The notes under the pieces were generated by a model. That model was not told the origin of the DNA. It ran no database searches and saw only the letters and a program-made list of their open reading frames with translations. A DNA stretch of 63,811 bases, counting the filler, from Octopus bimaculoides (Eukaryota), in assembly GCF_001194135.2 (NCBI RefSeq). It is 9 parts of 9 records of this genome, joined end to end, with 100 filler letters (N's around TTAATTAATTAA, not from the genome) between each part and the next. Parts side by side here need not be neighbours in the genome. Positions count along the whole stretch, not along the records: positions 47,861 to 58,558 come from NC_068994.1; positions 58,659 to 60,595 come from NW_026426593.1; positions 60,696 to 62,652 come from NW_026394549.1; 6 more parts are not named here. One strand, written 5' to 3'. Below, in pieces: positions 48,931 to 62,255 of the stretch. Position 1 is the stretch's first letter, and each line of letters begins with the position of its first letter. The translations under genes were made by a program, and so were the position numbers.

Positions 48931-49984
48931 CATTCATTTTGTTCATTCATTCATTATCTCATAACATCCATCTGTCTCGGTTCGATAATGGAAGACACTT
49001 TCCATAACATGGGTTTGAGCAGGTTGTTATGGAGATCTTGGATTGTCTGGGCACCTCTTGGCCTTGACAATGTTGTGATCCAAAAACAACCCCAATCACA
49101 ATAAATCTAACACCAGTTTGGCTTCAGGGCAAGTAATTTGAAGCATCTTGCCTATGAAGGAACACAATGCAATGGCTACAGCAGTGTAATTCCCTGTTCT
49201 TTTAGCCATTCTGCCAGTCAACAAAACCCTCCTTCCTCTTACTCATTAAGTGTTTTTGCTTCTATCAAACAGCTTTAGTTCAGTTTAAAACTCTCTTATG
49301 TAAATATATTCTGGCATATCAATTCCTCCAAACTCATAATCTCTCCATTCTCCTCAGCTCTTTTTACACACTGATTAAATTAATGTTGATTTCTTTTGAG
49401 TAAATCATGTTTTGTGAATTTCTAGATATTTTTTTTTCCTTTTTTTTTTAATAATTTATTTCCTTTTAGCAGCAAGAGAAGAATAATTACAGTCTGTTGT
49501 AATGTATCTGAGAATATTATTGATAGATATTTTATCTACCTTGCCAGACCCACAGGAAGGTATGGACTCAGAACATTAAAGTATTGAACTGGATTAACAT
49601 AATGTCTATACTGCTTTCCTTTCTTTTCTCTCTCTCTCACTCACTCACACATCTTAGTTACACTGTCTTCTGCATCTGAAATGAATAAGCACAGGCCAAA
49701 TAAGGGAGCATTTATGCAGCTGTTTGACCTACTAGAAATAGCAGCCAAATCTCCTTCAAAGCATGCCTTACCGTCTTAAAATGAGAAGGATACATTAGAT
49801 TATGCATTTCCAGATGTATTATTCATTGACATGGGATGGTCAAAACTGGAGCTTCTTTGATCATAGGTCTGGTCAGTCAGAACAGACCTGGACTTAAACA
49901 AAAACAATCCAAACTAAATAAATATCATTTATTAAAAAAAATGTTATTTCTTAGTGTTTTAGAACTTGGAGAGTTTAATATACA

Positions 49985-50135
49985 ACAGGCTTCCACATAG
50001 TTTCCATCTACCGAATTTAATCACAAGGCCCAGGGGTACATTAGAAGACTTATCCAAAGTGCCACGCAACAGAACTGAACCTGGAACCATGTGGTTGAGA
50101 AGCAGACCTCTTACCACACAGCCATGCTTGCACCT
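49985..50135 (-). mobile_element. Family A SINE 5' half
   Basis: agtttccatctacc...gtgccacgcaacagaactgaacctggaaccatgtgg. Confidence 0.8.
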
Positions 50136-51340
50136 ATAAATATTTTTTTTCTTGAAAAATAATTCCATAAAAGTAACAACATTATTTTCAAACATAAATA
50201 ATTGAGTAAAACATGTTATTTTAAACAGCCCTTTTTTTTTTTCTACAAGTAATTGAGCTTTTATGTAATATTTATTTAGACTGAAATTTTTAAATATTGC
50301 ATTTCAGAAATAATTTTATTTATATGGGATTAAAACAAAAATATTTCTGAAAAATTTGAACATTATATATAATTTTAATAAAAACAGATAATATTTAAAG
50401 TTTTAAACATTATTTATGAAAAAATAGTTTAATGGGTCTACAATTTAGTTCATCATCATCATTATCATCATCACCATCACCATCACCATCACCACCACCA
50501 TCATCACCATCACCATCATCATCATCATCATCATCGTTTTCATGCCCACTTTTCCATACTTTCTATGGCCAGATGTCCTTTCTATCACCAGCGCTCACTT
50601 GTTTCCAAGCAAGGTCCTATTTCCCCCACGAGCAGATATATTTCCATGGAAGATTTGCAATGAGCAACACTACTCATATGACTGTCACACACACACACAC
50701 ACACACATACATACATAACTATATGATGATTACCTTGGCTTATCAAATAACAGCAGTCACACTATGGTGAGACATCTATCTGTCTGTGTGTCATTAGATT
50801 TAGGTGACAAAAGTTTGTGCAGGTTGCCATAGAAGGTTCCAGTGACAGGCATTGCAAGATGACCGATACTGTTTTGACACTAAGAGCTACCTTCCCCATG
50901 GATTTGTTGAAAATTAACAGGTGCTTCCTCTACCTTAGGGAACAATCTATTTAACCCATAGACAGGACCCTGACAGGTATTACTGTTCCCAGATCAGAAT
51001 GGACCTGGGAGTAAAGGTAATTAAGGGCTGACTCCATGCTTCCCACAACTCCAGAATTCCTAAACTGGAGTCTCAACACCAGATGCAGTTTAGTGTGGTA
51101 ACCAGGACATGCATACATGCACACTTACATATATACACACACACATACGTGCACACACACACACATACATACACACACATACATGCATACACACTTACAT
51201 GCACACATACATGCATACACATATACATGCATACACATACATACATACATACACATACACACATACATGCATACACACATACACACACGTACATACATAC
51301 ATACATACATACATACATACATACAAACATACGCACAGTG

Positions 51341-51482
51341 TGCTTTATGCAGTTTCCATCTACGAAATCCACTCACAATGCTTTGGTCAGCCCGAAGCTA
51401 CAGTAGAAGACACTTGCCCAAGGTGCCATGCAGTGGGACTGAACCCGGAACCATGTGGTTGGGAAGCAAGCTTGCCACACAC
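51341..51482 (-). mobile_element. Family A SINE 5' half
   Basis: gaagacacttgcccaaggtgccatgcagtgggactgaacccggaaccatgtgg. Confidence 0.9.
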
Positions 51483-53790
51483 ACACATACACACACTCCA
51501 CCTTTATTTAAAAGAAGTGTCATTCATGGCGCTAATTTCCATTGTTTTTGTGATTTCAATATCAGTTTGTTTTTGTTTTTTTTGTTTTGCTTTTTCCTTT
51601 TTTCTTTTTTTCTTTTTTACACTTCATTCTAACGACCTACCTCTCAATTATTTAAAATAGAAACATTGATGCAGTTTAAAATTCAGGTCACTTTCAGTTT
51701 TGATGGAGAAGGTAGAGGCAGTTTTTTTTTTGTTTTTAAAAAGATGCTGTTTGAAAAATTTTGCTCCTCTTCCTTTCACTCCCTTAAACTTCTATAGACG
51801 GAGGAGGAGGTATATCGATTATTTGTATATTGTATTTGCCTGCCTGCCTGCCTGACTGCCTGCCTGCCTGGTTGGCCGGCTGGCTGGCTGGCTCAACTCT
51901 CTTCAGCTTAAACTAAAAATTAATTCTCTGAAATTAGAGGCTGATATGAAGTATTTCAATCTGTATTTAGCTCTCAAAATTTTTCTTTATTTTATTTATT
52001 TATTTTTCTCCAAATTCTTTTTTTTCTTTTTCTTTTTGTTTNNNNNNNNNNNNNNNNNNNNNNNNNNNNNNNNNNNNNNNNNNNNNNNNNNNNNNNNNNN
52101 NNNNNNNNNNNNNNNNNNNNNNNNNNNNNNNNNNNNNNNNNNNNNNNNNNNNNNNNNNNNNNNNNNNNNNNNNNNNNNNNNNNNNNNNNNNNNNNNNNNN
52201 NNNNNNNNNNNNNNNNNNNNNNNNNNNNNNNNNNNNNNNNNNNNNNNNNNNNNNNNNNNNNNNNNNNNNNNNNNNNNNNNNNNNNNNNNNNNNNNNNNNN
52301 NNNNNNNNNNNNNNNNNNNNNNNNNNNNNNNNNNNNNNNNNNNNNNNNNNNNNNNNNNNNNNNNNNNNNNNNNNNNNNNNNNNNNNNNNNNNNNNNNNNN
52401 NNNNNNNNNNNNNNNNNNNNNNNNNNNNNNNNNNNNNNNNNNNNNNNNNNNNNNNNNNNNNNNNNNNNNNNNNNNNNNNNNNNNNNNNNNNNNNNNNNNN
52501 NNNNNNNNNNNNNNNNNNNNNNNNNNNNNNNNNNNNNNNNNNNNNNNNNNNNNNNNNNNNNNNNNNNNNNNNNNNNNNNNNNNNNNNNNNNNNNNNNNNN
52601 NNNNNNNNNNNNNNNNNNNNNNNNNNNNNNNNNNNNNNNNNNNNNNNNNNNNNNNNNNNNNNNNNNNNNNNNNNNNNNNNNNNNNNNNNNNNNNNNNNNN
52701 NNNNNNNNNNNNNNNNNNNNNNNNNNNNNNNNNNNNNNNNNNNNNNNNNNNNNNNNNNNNNNNNNNNNNNNNNNNNNNNNNNNNNNNNNNNNNNNNNNNN
52801 NNNNNNNNNNNNNNNNNNNNNNNNNNNNNNNNNNNNNNNNNNNNNNNNNNNNNNNNNNNNNNNNNNNNNNNNNNNNNNNNNNNNNNNNNNNNNNNNNNNN
52901 NNNNNNNNNNNNNNNNNNNNNNNNNNNNNNNNNNNNNNNATATATATATATATATACATATACATATACATGCATAGACACACACGCACACATATATGTA
53001 CATGTGTGTAAGAGTGTATTTTATTAATCCTTTAAACAACTTCCTTGTCTAGCTAGTGATTCACAGATTCAATAGTGGTAATATTTTAACTGAAGAACCA
53101 ACCAAACTTAAACCATTCTCTCCCCCCCTCTCTCTCTCCCTCTCTCTCTCCTACACACACACACATATACACACAGGCTTCTACCTTTCACTAATTTAAC
53201 AGTTATCTTTTTGTTCTTTATTTTTTTTTCTTCTTTTCATCCCAAATGACAGTTGCTAGTAGGTAAGAGTGGACAAAAGGAATGAGTGGCTTCACACACA
53301 CACACACACACACATACACACAAACACACACACAGAGTTTTGTCATTTTGTTTTTGGCCTTTTTTGTTTTACTTTCATCTCTTTTTTTTGGGGGGTTTTT
53401 TTTGTTGGTTTTTTGCTTTCTTGGACTGTTTGTATATGTCAGAAACAAGATCAGCAACCAATTATTGCTGCTACCTATAGCCAGCAGCAGTAACAGCAAA
53501 GCATTTGGCATTTAATTAAATAAGAAATATTACTGACATATTGCAAACGAAGTTTACATTGAAATCTCCATCATTACAACCATGATCTTGATGACAATGA
53601 TGATGATAATCATGATGACTTCTGTTGTTATTATTATTATTATTATTATCATTATTATTATTATTATTATTATTATTACATTTTTGTTGTTTTATTTTTC
53701 ATCTGCATTTTGTTTCAACACCTATCTTTTATTTTGCCGTATATCATTATTATTATTATCATCATCATCATCATCATCATCAACATACTC

Positions 53791-53859
<69 letters not shown>

Positions 53860-53988
53860 ATTGTGGTTGTTATTATTATTATTATTTATTTATTTTCTCA
53901 AGCTGTTATTATCAACATTGCAAACAACTTCATGTAGTCTAGATATGGCATTATTACACACAAGTTGTGTGTGTGTGTGTGTGTGCAT

Positions 53989-54023
<35 letters not shown>

Positions 54024-54562
54024 TGTGAGTGTGTGGGTGTGTTGCAATGATGTTCAAGATGTGCTCCGAATAACATGCATAAAAATTAAAGAATAAAAAC
54101 TGACTGAGGTTTATTATAACTAATGTTAATGTCATTTTAAAGGTTGTTATTTTGCCAAATATAAATTCTTTAATTAATTTTAATCAGAACTAAATAAATA
54201 AATAAATGAATAAAGATATAACAGTTATTAAGTTTTAATGACATTTTTGAGAAAAAAAAATGTTATTGCATTTTAAACATCTTCATGATTAGTTTGACAA
54301 GCCAAGGTTACAAATGGTGTTTTTAATTCTCAGCTGAAGTCAGTTTTTTTTTTTTCTTTCACTCACATTTCTTATGACCCTGGGAAAAATAATGAACATT
54401 GCAATTTTTCCTTGTTTCTTATCAATTAATCCATTGATCAAACTTTGTCATGCCTGCAGAAAAAGAATTTCTGCTAACATAAATTTTTTGCCTTTAAATA
54501 TATATATATATACACACTCACACACACCTATTTATGTGTATATGCTTATATATAAGTGTACA

Positions 54563-54720
54563 TAGGTGTGGCTGTGTGGTAAGAAATTTGCTTCCCAACT
54601 ACATGGTTCCAGGTTCAGTCCCACTGTGTGGCACCTTGGGCTAGTGTCTGCTACTAGAGCCTTGAGCCGACAAAAAGTCTTGTGAGTGGATTTGGTAGAT
54701 GGAAAGCTAATAAGTGATCG
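54563..54720 (+). mobile_element. Family A SINE 5' half
   Basis: gtgtggctgtgtggtaag...ggttcagtcccactgtgtggcaccttgggc. Confidence 0.9.
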
Positions 54721-54844
54721 CTGTATATTAACCAAAGAAAATAGTCTAATATTGGGGCATATAAGCCCTTAATGGAAACCCCACTTTTTTCCATCAAGGC
54801 TTATATGTCCCAATATTAAGCTATTTTCTTTAGTCAATACACAG
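54721..54844. repeat. Imperfect hairpin, 57/58-bp arms, 9-nt loop
   Basis: 7 substitutions (all transitions) and 1 indel between the arms. Confidence 0.9.
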
Positions 54845-55117
54845 TGACTGCATATAAGCTTTAAATTCATAAAATATCATTATTATTATTATTTACAGAA
54901 TTGTCACTTGTCACTGCTTCTCAATTCATCACAGAAAATATTAATTCTTATTTTTATGTTCAATTATAATAAAAACTTTTACATTAATCTGATAAGTGAC
55001 AAACAAAAATACCTTGTGTTATTTGCTAGCATTCCTTTATTCCAAGATTGAATTTTACCTTTTCTTTTCTTCTCAATTTGACAAAATAAGTGTCAGACAA
55101 AATTCTGGGCATCAATA

Positions 55118-55325
55118 TCATCATCACCATCATCATTTAACGTCCGTTGTCCATGCTGGCATGGGTTGGACGGTTTGACCAGGGCCGGCAAGCTGGAAGG
55201 CTGCACCAAACTCCAGTCTGTTTTGGCATGGTTTTCTATGGCTGGATGCCCTTTCTAATGCCAACCACTCTGAGAGTGTAATGGGTGCTTTTACGTGCCA
55301 CCAGCATGGGTGCCATTTGCTTGAC
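55118..55325 (-). mobile_element. RTE-type 3' tail element with (GAT)n end
   Basis: Reverse complement of 720-830. Related degenerate copies lie at about 50520-50660 and 57005-57180. Confidence 0.8.
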
Positions 55326-55442
55326 ACCAGTAGCTGCCATACAACTAACAAAACACATGACGGTGGTCCATCAACATGGCTGAAGTCCAGTGACTAAGAC
55401 TCACAAAAGAATATAGTTAGACCCTAAATCTTCACTGTAAAT

Positions 55443-55673
55443 CAGTGATTCCCAACCTATTTTTTGCATATGGACCCCTTTGATTCTTATTTTATGCGAA
55501 TCGAATCCCATAGCCTTTCTTTAAAATCCTATTTTATTTTTATAATTAAATATTATTAGGAACTGAATCAAAAAAATTGTTCAAATATTTTGTGTATTAT
55601 AGATGTATGTTCAATTCATTGCACATAAACTTTAACAACAAAATCTTATATGGACCCTGGTTGAGAACCTCTC
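55443..55673. mobile_element. hAT MITE (family 1), older copy
   Basis: cagtgattcccaacc / ggttgagaacctctc; TSD ctgtaaat/ctctgaat (6/8). Confidence 0.75.
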
Positions 55674-56693
55674 CTCTGAATTATGGAGTCTATTGTCTTT
55701 GTGTCTTTTACTCTTCTCTTATCACATCCAGTTCCACTATGTAAGCTTGTGAGAGTCTTTTCATACGGTCAGCAAGTGGCTCAATGTAACTATCTAGCCT
55801 CTATAAACCATTTCTGAATATTTTAATCCTCATATCTTTGCATAATATGTTGATAGATATTATATGCACTGATTTCAATCAGAATAGAGACACAGCCTAG
55901 TAGATAAATACATGGGTTCAAATCCTAACTGTGAGCAAACTTTTTCTTTTTTTTTTTTTTTTAATTAGTTACTGATACTGTAAACTATTCCAGTTATTTC
56001 ACCTACACTATTACAAATGTTAGATGCACAATTGGTGTCGTGTTAGTGGACCTATTTTTGTGTGTCTCCCTCTCAAATTGACATTTGTCTTGTCTAATCT
56101 AATTTTCACATTTCAAATCTCAACAGTTGATTCTTTGGACAATATATGTCACAATAAAAGACAGAATGGCCTTGGCTATAAAACAACTAATCAATCAATT
56201 CTATAATCAGCTAGCTTCTCAATGCTTGTAGGTTTTAAGGAAGTCATAAAATTCCATAAAGCCTTCTCTCCAAAACTACATTCAGACGTCTGGAAATCTC
56301 CTGAATTGATGAAATCTAAAATAAATTTCCATTGTCTGAATAAATATCTTCAGCCTGGCTGAACAGAATTTAATTTTGTACTAGAGGCCTCTTCAGTATT
56401 GCTTTAAAAAAAAAACTCAAATAGAAATGAAATAAAAATAAAATAAAATGTACGGAAGAGAAGGTACAATAAATAAATAAGCAAAACAGATAGCTAAACT
56501 AATCCAAAAAGTCGTCATGACAATGTCATCTTAGTGAATATGAGTGGTGATTTCCTTTACAAAACCAATATTTTAATCACATTTTGTTTGTTCCACTGAC
56601 ATTTTTGTTTCATGAAGACTTAGATCTGGAATTAATGATGTGTGTGTATATNNNNNNNNNNATATATATAAATAATATATATATATATGTATG

Positions 56694-56728
<35 letters not shown>

Positions 56729-57323
56729 GCATATATGCACATTTAAACACACACACACTCTCTCGCACATATAGACTATCATACACACATATACTTATAT
56801 GTGTATGTGTTATTTCTGATCTGCTCTAAATGCATGACACATTACCACGAGTATTTGTGTTCCAGATCTATGCCACATTAAACTCCTATGTTCCAATGTT
56901 ACACACTTAAACAAGAACAACATTGCATACATTTGGAGTTAGGCTATAACATAGGAATGGAGCTAAATATCATTCCAGTTATATATGTATGTATCAATCA
57001 ATCAATCATCATTATTTAGCATATGTCTTCCATGCTGGCATGAGCTGTATAGTTTAACAGGATCCAAGGAGGTCTAAGGACTGCATCGTGCTCCAGTGAC
57101 TGTTTTGGCATGGTTTCTATGGTATGAGGCCCTTCATAATGCCAGTCACTGGGTGCTTTTGTTCATGCCACTGGCACGATTGTAGTTGCCATGCAGTGCA
57201 CATGATTGCAAAAAACCGTGGGAGGGTGAGGAGCAGCATTTATGCAAGGAGATGAGGGTATAGAGCATGGGAGGAGGAAAGGACAAGGGAAAGAGTGGTG
57301 GGGGCAAACAGGTTCTTGTAGGG

Positions 57324-58558
57324 CAGGGGTCGGCACCTTTGCCTCCACGGACCAGATCGAGTATTAATGATGGATAGCGGGCTGGATGAAGGCCATTAAA
57401 GAATAATTATGGAAAATTACACAAGCTAAAATTTAATTACGAATGTTGACAATACTTAAAAATAATTTGTATTAACCACAGATGAATGTTGTAATGGAAA
57501 AATATCATTTATTCAATTTAAGACATCGTTGGAATCATTTGTTTAAAAGATCTTAAAATTACATAGCAGCCAAAAAATTAATGGGAATCTTGATGTTTTT
57601 TGTTCCTTGAAAGCTTCTCAATATTAGGCTTCAAACTTGTTGATGCCAAGAGCAAGATGTTCTCAAGATGGTTATCAGTTAATCTTGTTCTCGAATTGTT
57701 CTTAGCTTGCTTCAGTTTGGAAAATAATTGCTCATACTGATAAGTGCTTCCAAACAAAGATGCCATTTTTTTGGCATGGTATACTTCCCACTTGGAAAAA
57801 TATATTTTGCATAGAAGTCATTCAATGAAACAGTTTTAGAATGAAATTTAAATCTCAATAACTGGTCTCACTGCATATCACTGAATTCCATTTGAAAACA
57901 TTCTGATACTGTCTCCACATCAAATGGTGTAGCAAACAATCTAAACTGATTTGCATACAAATGGAAGTCAGCAAAATGTGATGCAAATTCATTTCTCAAA
58001 CCCTGGTTTATATTCACAAATACCTCTGAATCCTGTTGTTTCCTTCCTTGAAACGATGGAAAATGCATCTAATTTTTATTTCAAAGTTGATATTCCCACA
58101 GCTGTAGCTTTTTTCAAAGGCAACAATATGGTTATACATTTCATTTACAAGCTGAGTTTTACCTTGAAGTTGTAAATTTAAGTTTATTTAAATGAGTCAC
58201 AATATCCACAATGAATGGCAAAGTTGCAAGCCAATCAGGATCTTGAAAATGTGAACTATCCATGTTTGCTATCCACCTCTTTGTGTAAGGCAAGTACTCT
58301 TTTTAGCATTGATTCTCTGCTAAGCCAGCATACATCGCAGAAATAAGCAAGGTCACCATATTCTGCCTCAGTATCTAGCAAAAACTGTTTAAATTGATGA
58401 TGATTTAATCCATGAGATAGGATCGGATTCACGGCCTTCACAACAATATCTGTAACATTCTTAAATTTCAAAGACTTGGCACACAATGTCTCTTGATGGA
58501 TAATCCAATGAATTTTATGTGCGATTCCAAGGCTTTCTATATGTTCTTGCAGTAGTGC
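57324..58558 (-). mobile_element. hAT (Buster/SPIN, GTF2IRD2-like) transposon: 3' TIR plus decayed transposase
   Basis: IIHQETLCAKSL...GLNHHQF...YGDL.YF.DV.WLSR and SLFGSTY..EQLFS..K...RTRLTD.HL...PNIEKL...HQDSH*; terminus caggggtcggcacc at 57324. Confidence 0.9.
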
Positions 58559-60718
58559 NNNNNNNNNNNNNNNNNNNNNNNNNNNNNNNNNNNNNNNNNN
58601 NNTTAATTAATTAANNNNNNNNNNNNNNNNNNNNNNNNNNNNNNNNNNNNNNNNNNNNTATATATATGTGTGTGTATATATTTAACTAGAACACTCTGTC
58701 GGTTACAATGACCAGTATTCCACTTGATCCGATCAACTGAACAGCTTGCGCGCCGAAATGGCTGAGCACTCCATATACATGCTTTCTCTTAGCGTTGTTC
58801 TCAGTTAGATCCGGCGTGACAGAACGTGACAAGGCCGGAGATTTGAATAATAGATACAACTCATTTTTGTCAGCTGATTGGAGTGAAGCAACGTGAGATA
58901 AAGTGCCTTGCTCAAGGACACAACGAACCGCCATGAATCGAACTCACGATCATACGATCGTGAATCGAATGCTTTAACCAGTACTTTGGGAACACATACA
59001 TACATGCAGGCATACTCCCCCGTCGAAGACGACGTATGAGCGTTCAACTTTTGCTGAACGACCTCCACAAACTTTTACAATGATCAAATGTTTGAGGCGC
59101 ACATTAGCTCACTCTCTCCATCAAATTGCCGTTGGCTGAACAGGTCCCACGGTGTGCCATGNNNNNNNNNNNNNNNNNNNNNNNNNNNNNNNNNNNNNNN
59201 NNNNNNNNNNNNNNNNNNNNNNNNNNNNNNNNNNNNNNNNNNNNNNNNNNNNNNNNNNNNNNNNNNNNNNNNNNNNNNNNNNNNNNNNNNNNNNNNNNNN
59301 NNNNNNNNNNNNNNNNNNNNNNNNNNNNNNNNNNNNNNNNNNNNNNNNNNNNNNNNNNNNNNNNNNNNNNNNNNNNNNNNNNNNNNNNNNNNNNNNNNNN
59401 NNNNNNNNNNNNNNNNNNNNNNNNNNNNNNNNNNNNNNNNNNNNNNNNNNNNNNNNNNNNNNNNNNNNNNNNNNNNNNNNNNNNNNNNNNNNNNNNNNNN
59501 NNNNNNNNNNNNNNNNNNNNNNNNNNNNNNNNNNNNNNNNNNNNNNNNNNNNNNNNNNNNNNNNNNNNNNNNNNNNNNNNNNNNNNNNNNNNNNNNNNNN
59601 NNNNNNNNNNNNNNNNNNNNNNNNNNNNNNNNNNNNNNNNNNNNNNNNNNNNNNNNNNNNNNNNNNNNNNNNNNNNNNNNNNNNNNNNNNNNNNNNNNNN
59701 NNNNNNNNNNNNNNNNNNNNNNNNNNNNNNNNNNNNNNNNNNNNNNNNNNNNNNNNNNNNNNNNNNNNNNNNNNNNNNNNNNNNNNNNNNNNNNNNNNNN
59801 NNNNNNNNNNNNNNNNNNNNNNNNNNNNNNNNNNNNNNNNNNNNNNNNNNNATCCAAAACTTACAGAGAAAAATTCAATTTAGCATTTCTAAATCAAATT
59901 TCACAATATATAATATATGTATATAATTTAGAGCAAAAAAAAAAAAAATGACCTTTATTAAACAATTCAATAATGAAAAACGTAATTCATACCATCCAGA
60001 AAAATAAATACAGTAAAAAAACTTTTTTTTTCTCTAAATATAGTATAAAAACCATTTTTTTCCTCTAAATTATATATATATATATGTGGGTGTATGTATA
60101 TAAATTTCCATACGAGTAGGTGTATATATGCATATATACACGTATATCTATATTCATATATGTATGCATATATACACATATACATATCTTCATATGAACA
60201 CCATTTCAATCACGTGTACATCGAAGGAACTCCGACTGAGATATAGCGTCACAATGGCCGAGAGTAATGCAGCAAAGGGCGTTAACCCAGGAAAGGATTA
60301 GCAATGTTGTAAACGTTGGATAAATATAAATAACAAAGACTCACTTCATATATTTTCTATGTTTGTGCGTATGCATGAGTCAGCGTATATATATTGTATG
60401 CTTATGCTGAAGCGTGCAAACTGATGGAAAATGCAGGCTGAGTGTTATATAGCGAGGTGGAGTAACACAGTATGGCGTCCTTTTTGAAGTCCTGATTATA
60501 GTGTGGCATATTTGGCGATAGCGTAAGGGTGGATTGATGTATGAATGCATTTAAGTATATATGCATTTGTTTTTATGTATATGTATGCATGTATGNNNNN
60601 NNNNNNNNNNNNNNNNNNNNNNNNNNNNNNNNNNNNNNNTTAATTAATTAANNNNNNNNNNNNNNNNNNNNNNNNNNNNNNNNNNNNNNNNNNNNTATAT
60701 ATATATATATACATATAT

Positions 60719-61115
60719 TCTTTTATTTGTTTCCGTCATTTGACTGTGGCCATGCCGGAGCACCGCCTTTAGTCGACCAAATCGACCTCAGTATTTATGC
60801 TTTGTAAGCCTAGTACTTATTTTATCGGCCNNNNNNNNNNNNNNNNNNNNNNNNNNNNNNNNNNNNNNNNNNNNNNNNNNNNNNNNNNNNNNNNNNNNNN
60901 NNNNNNNNNNNNNNNNNNNNNNNNNNNNNNNNNNNNNNNNNNNNNNNNNNNNNNNNNNNNNNNNNNNNNNNNNNNNNNNNNNNNNNNNNNNNNNNNNNNN
61001 NNNNNNNNNNNNNNNNNNNNNNNNNNNNNNNNNNNNNNNNNNNNNNNNNNNNNNNNNNNNNNNAACCAAGAACTATGTGGTTGGAAAGGAAGCTTCTTAG
61101 CACACAGCCTGCGCT
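60719..61115 (-). mobile_element. Family A SINE spanning an N gap
   Basis: 3' part at 60719-60830, head at 61064-61115. Confidence 0.8.
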
Positions 61116-62255
61116 TATCTATTCCCTATTGTTTTTTCTTACTATTTTCTTTCATTTTATAATATCATGGTTGAATCAATTAAAATAATTTTACGCATGA
61201 ACTTAAGCGACATTCGTTTTACTCAATAAAATGTTTTTACCAAGTCCTGTAAATATGATGTTCATGTTTAGGAATCGTAAATAAAACAATAATGAAGCAA
61301 TAATCTCTTTTAAATAAAAAGAACAAACAAATTTCGATATATTTTAATGAATATATATATATATATATNNNNNNNNNNNNNNNNNNNNNNNNNNNNNNNN
61401 NTCGTTTCTTGTTCATAACTGGACATTTGAAAGACTTTTCAAGTTATGGAAGAACTGTTGGCTGTGATGAAAGTCACGTGACACGTACTCCTACTTCGTC
61501 ACCCACTCCTCCTCTTACACAGAGACCACATACAAAGGATATTCTGGAATAACGGAATGTCTACAGAATCTCTTTACTCTTTTACTCTTTTTACTTGTTT
61601 CAGTNNNNNNNNNNNNNNNNNNNNNNNNNNNNNNNNNNNNNNNNNNNNNNNNNNNNNNNNNNNNNNNNNNNNNNNNNNNNNNNNNNNNNNNNNNNNNNNN
61701 NNNNNNNNNNNNNNNNNNNNNNNNNNNNNNNNNNNNNNNNNNNNNNNNNNNNNNNNNNNNNNNNNNNNNNNNNNNNNNNNNNNNNNNNNNNNNNNNNNNN
61801 NNNNNNNNNNNNNNNNNNNNNNNNNNNNNNNNNNNNNNNNNNNNNNNNNNNNNNNNNNNNNNNNNNNNNNNNNNNNNNNNNNNNNNNNNNNNNNNNNNNN
61901 NNNNNNNNNNNNNNNNNNNNNNNNNNNNNNNNNNNNNNNNNNNNNNNNNNNNNNNNNNNNNNNNNNNNNNNNNNNNNNNNNNNNNNNNNNNNNNNNNNNN
62001 NNNNNNNNNNNNNNNNNNNNNNNNNNNNNNNNNNNNNNNNNNNNNNNNNNNNNNNNNNNNNNNNNNNNNNNNNNNNNNNNNNNNNNNNNNNNNNNNNNNN
62101 NNNNNNNNNNNNNNNNNNNNNNNNNNNNNNNNNNNNNNNNNNNNNNNNNCTACTACTTATTCTATCGGTCAGAGCACATCCATACTCAGAAGCCCAGCCA
62201 CCCTCTATCCCCCATCTCTTTCGTCTTCATCATTTTCCATCTCTTCTACAACCAG

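Noticed and set aside
49470-49559. AG/GT-bounded open segment SKRRIITVCC...
   Set aside because: The donor side overlaps a degenerate family B SINE-like sequence, and no homology was recognised.
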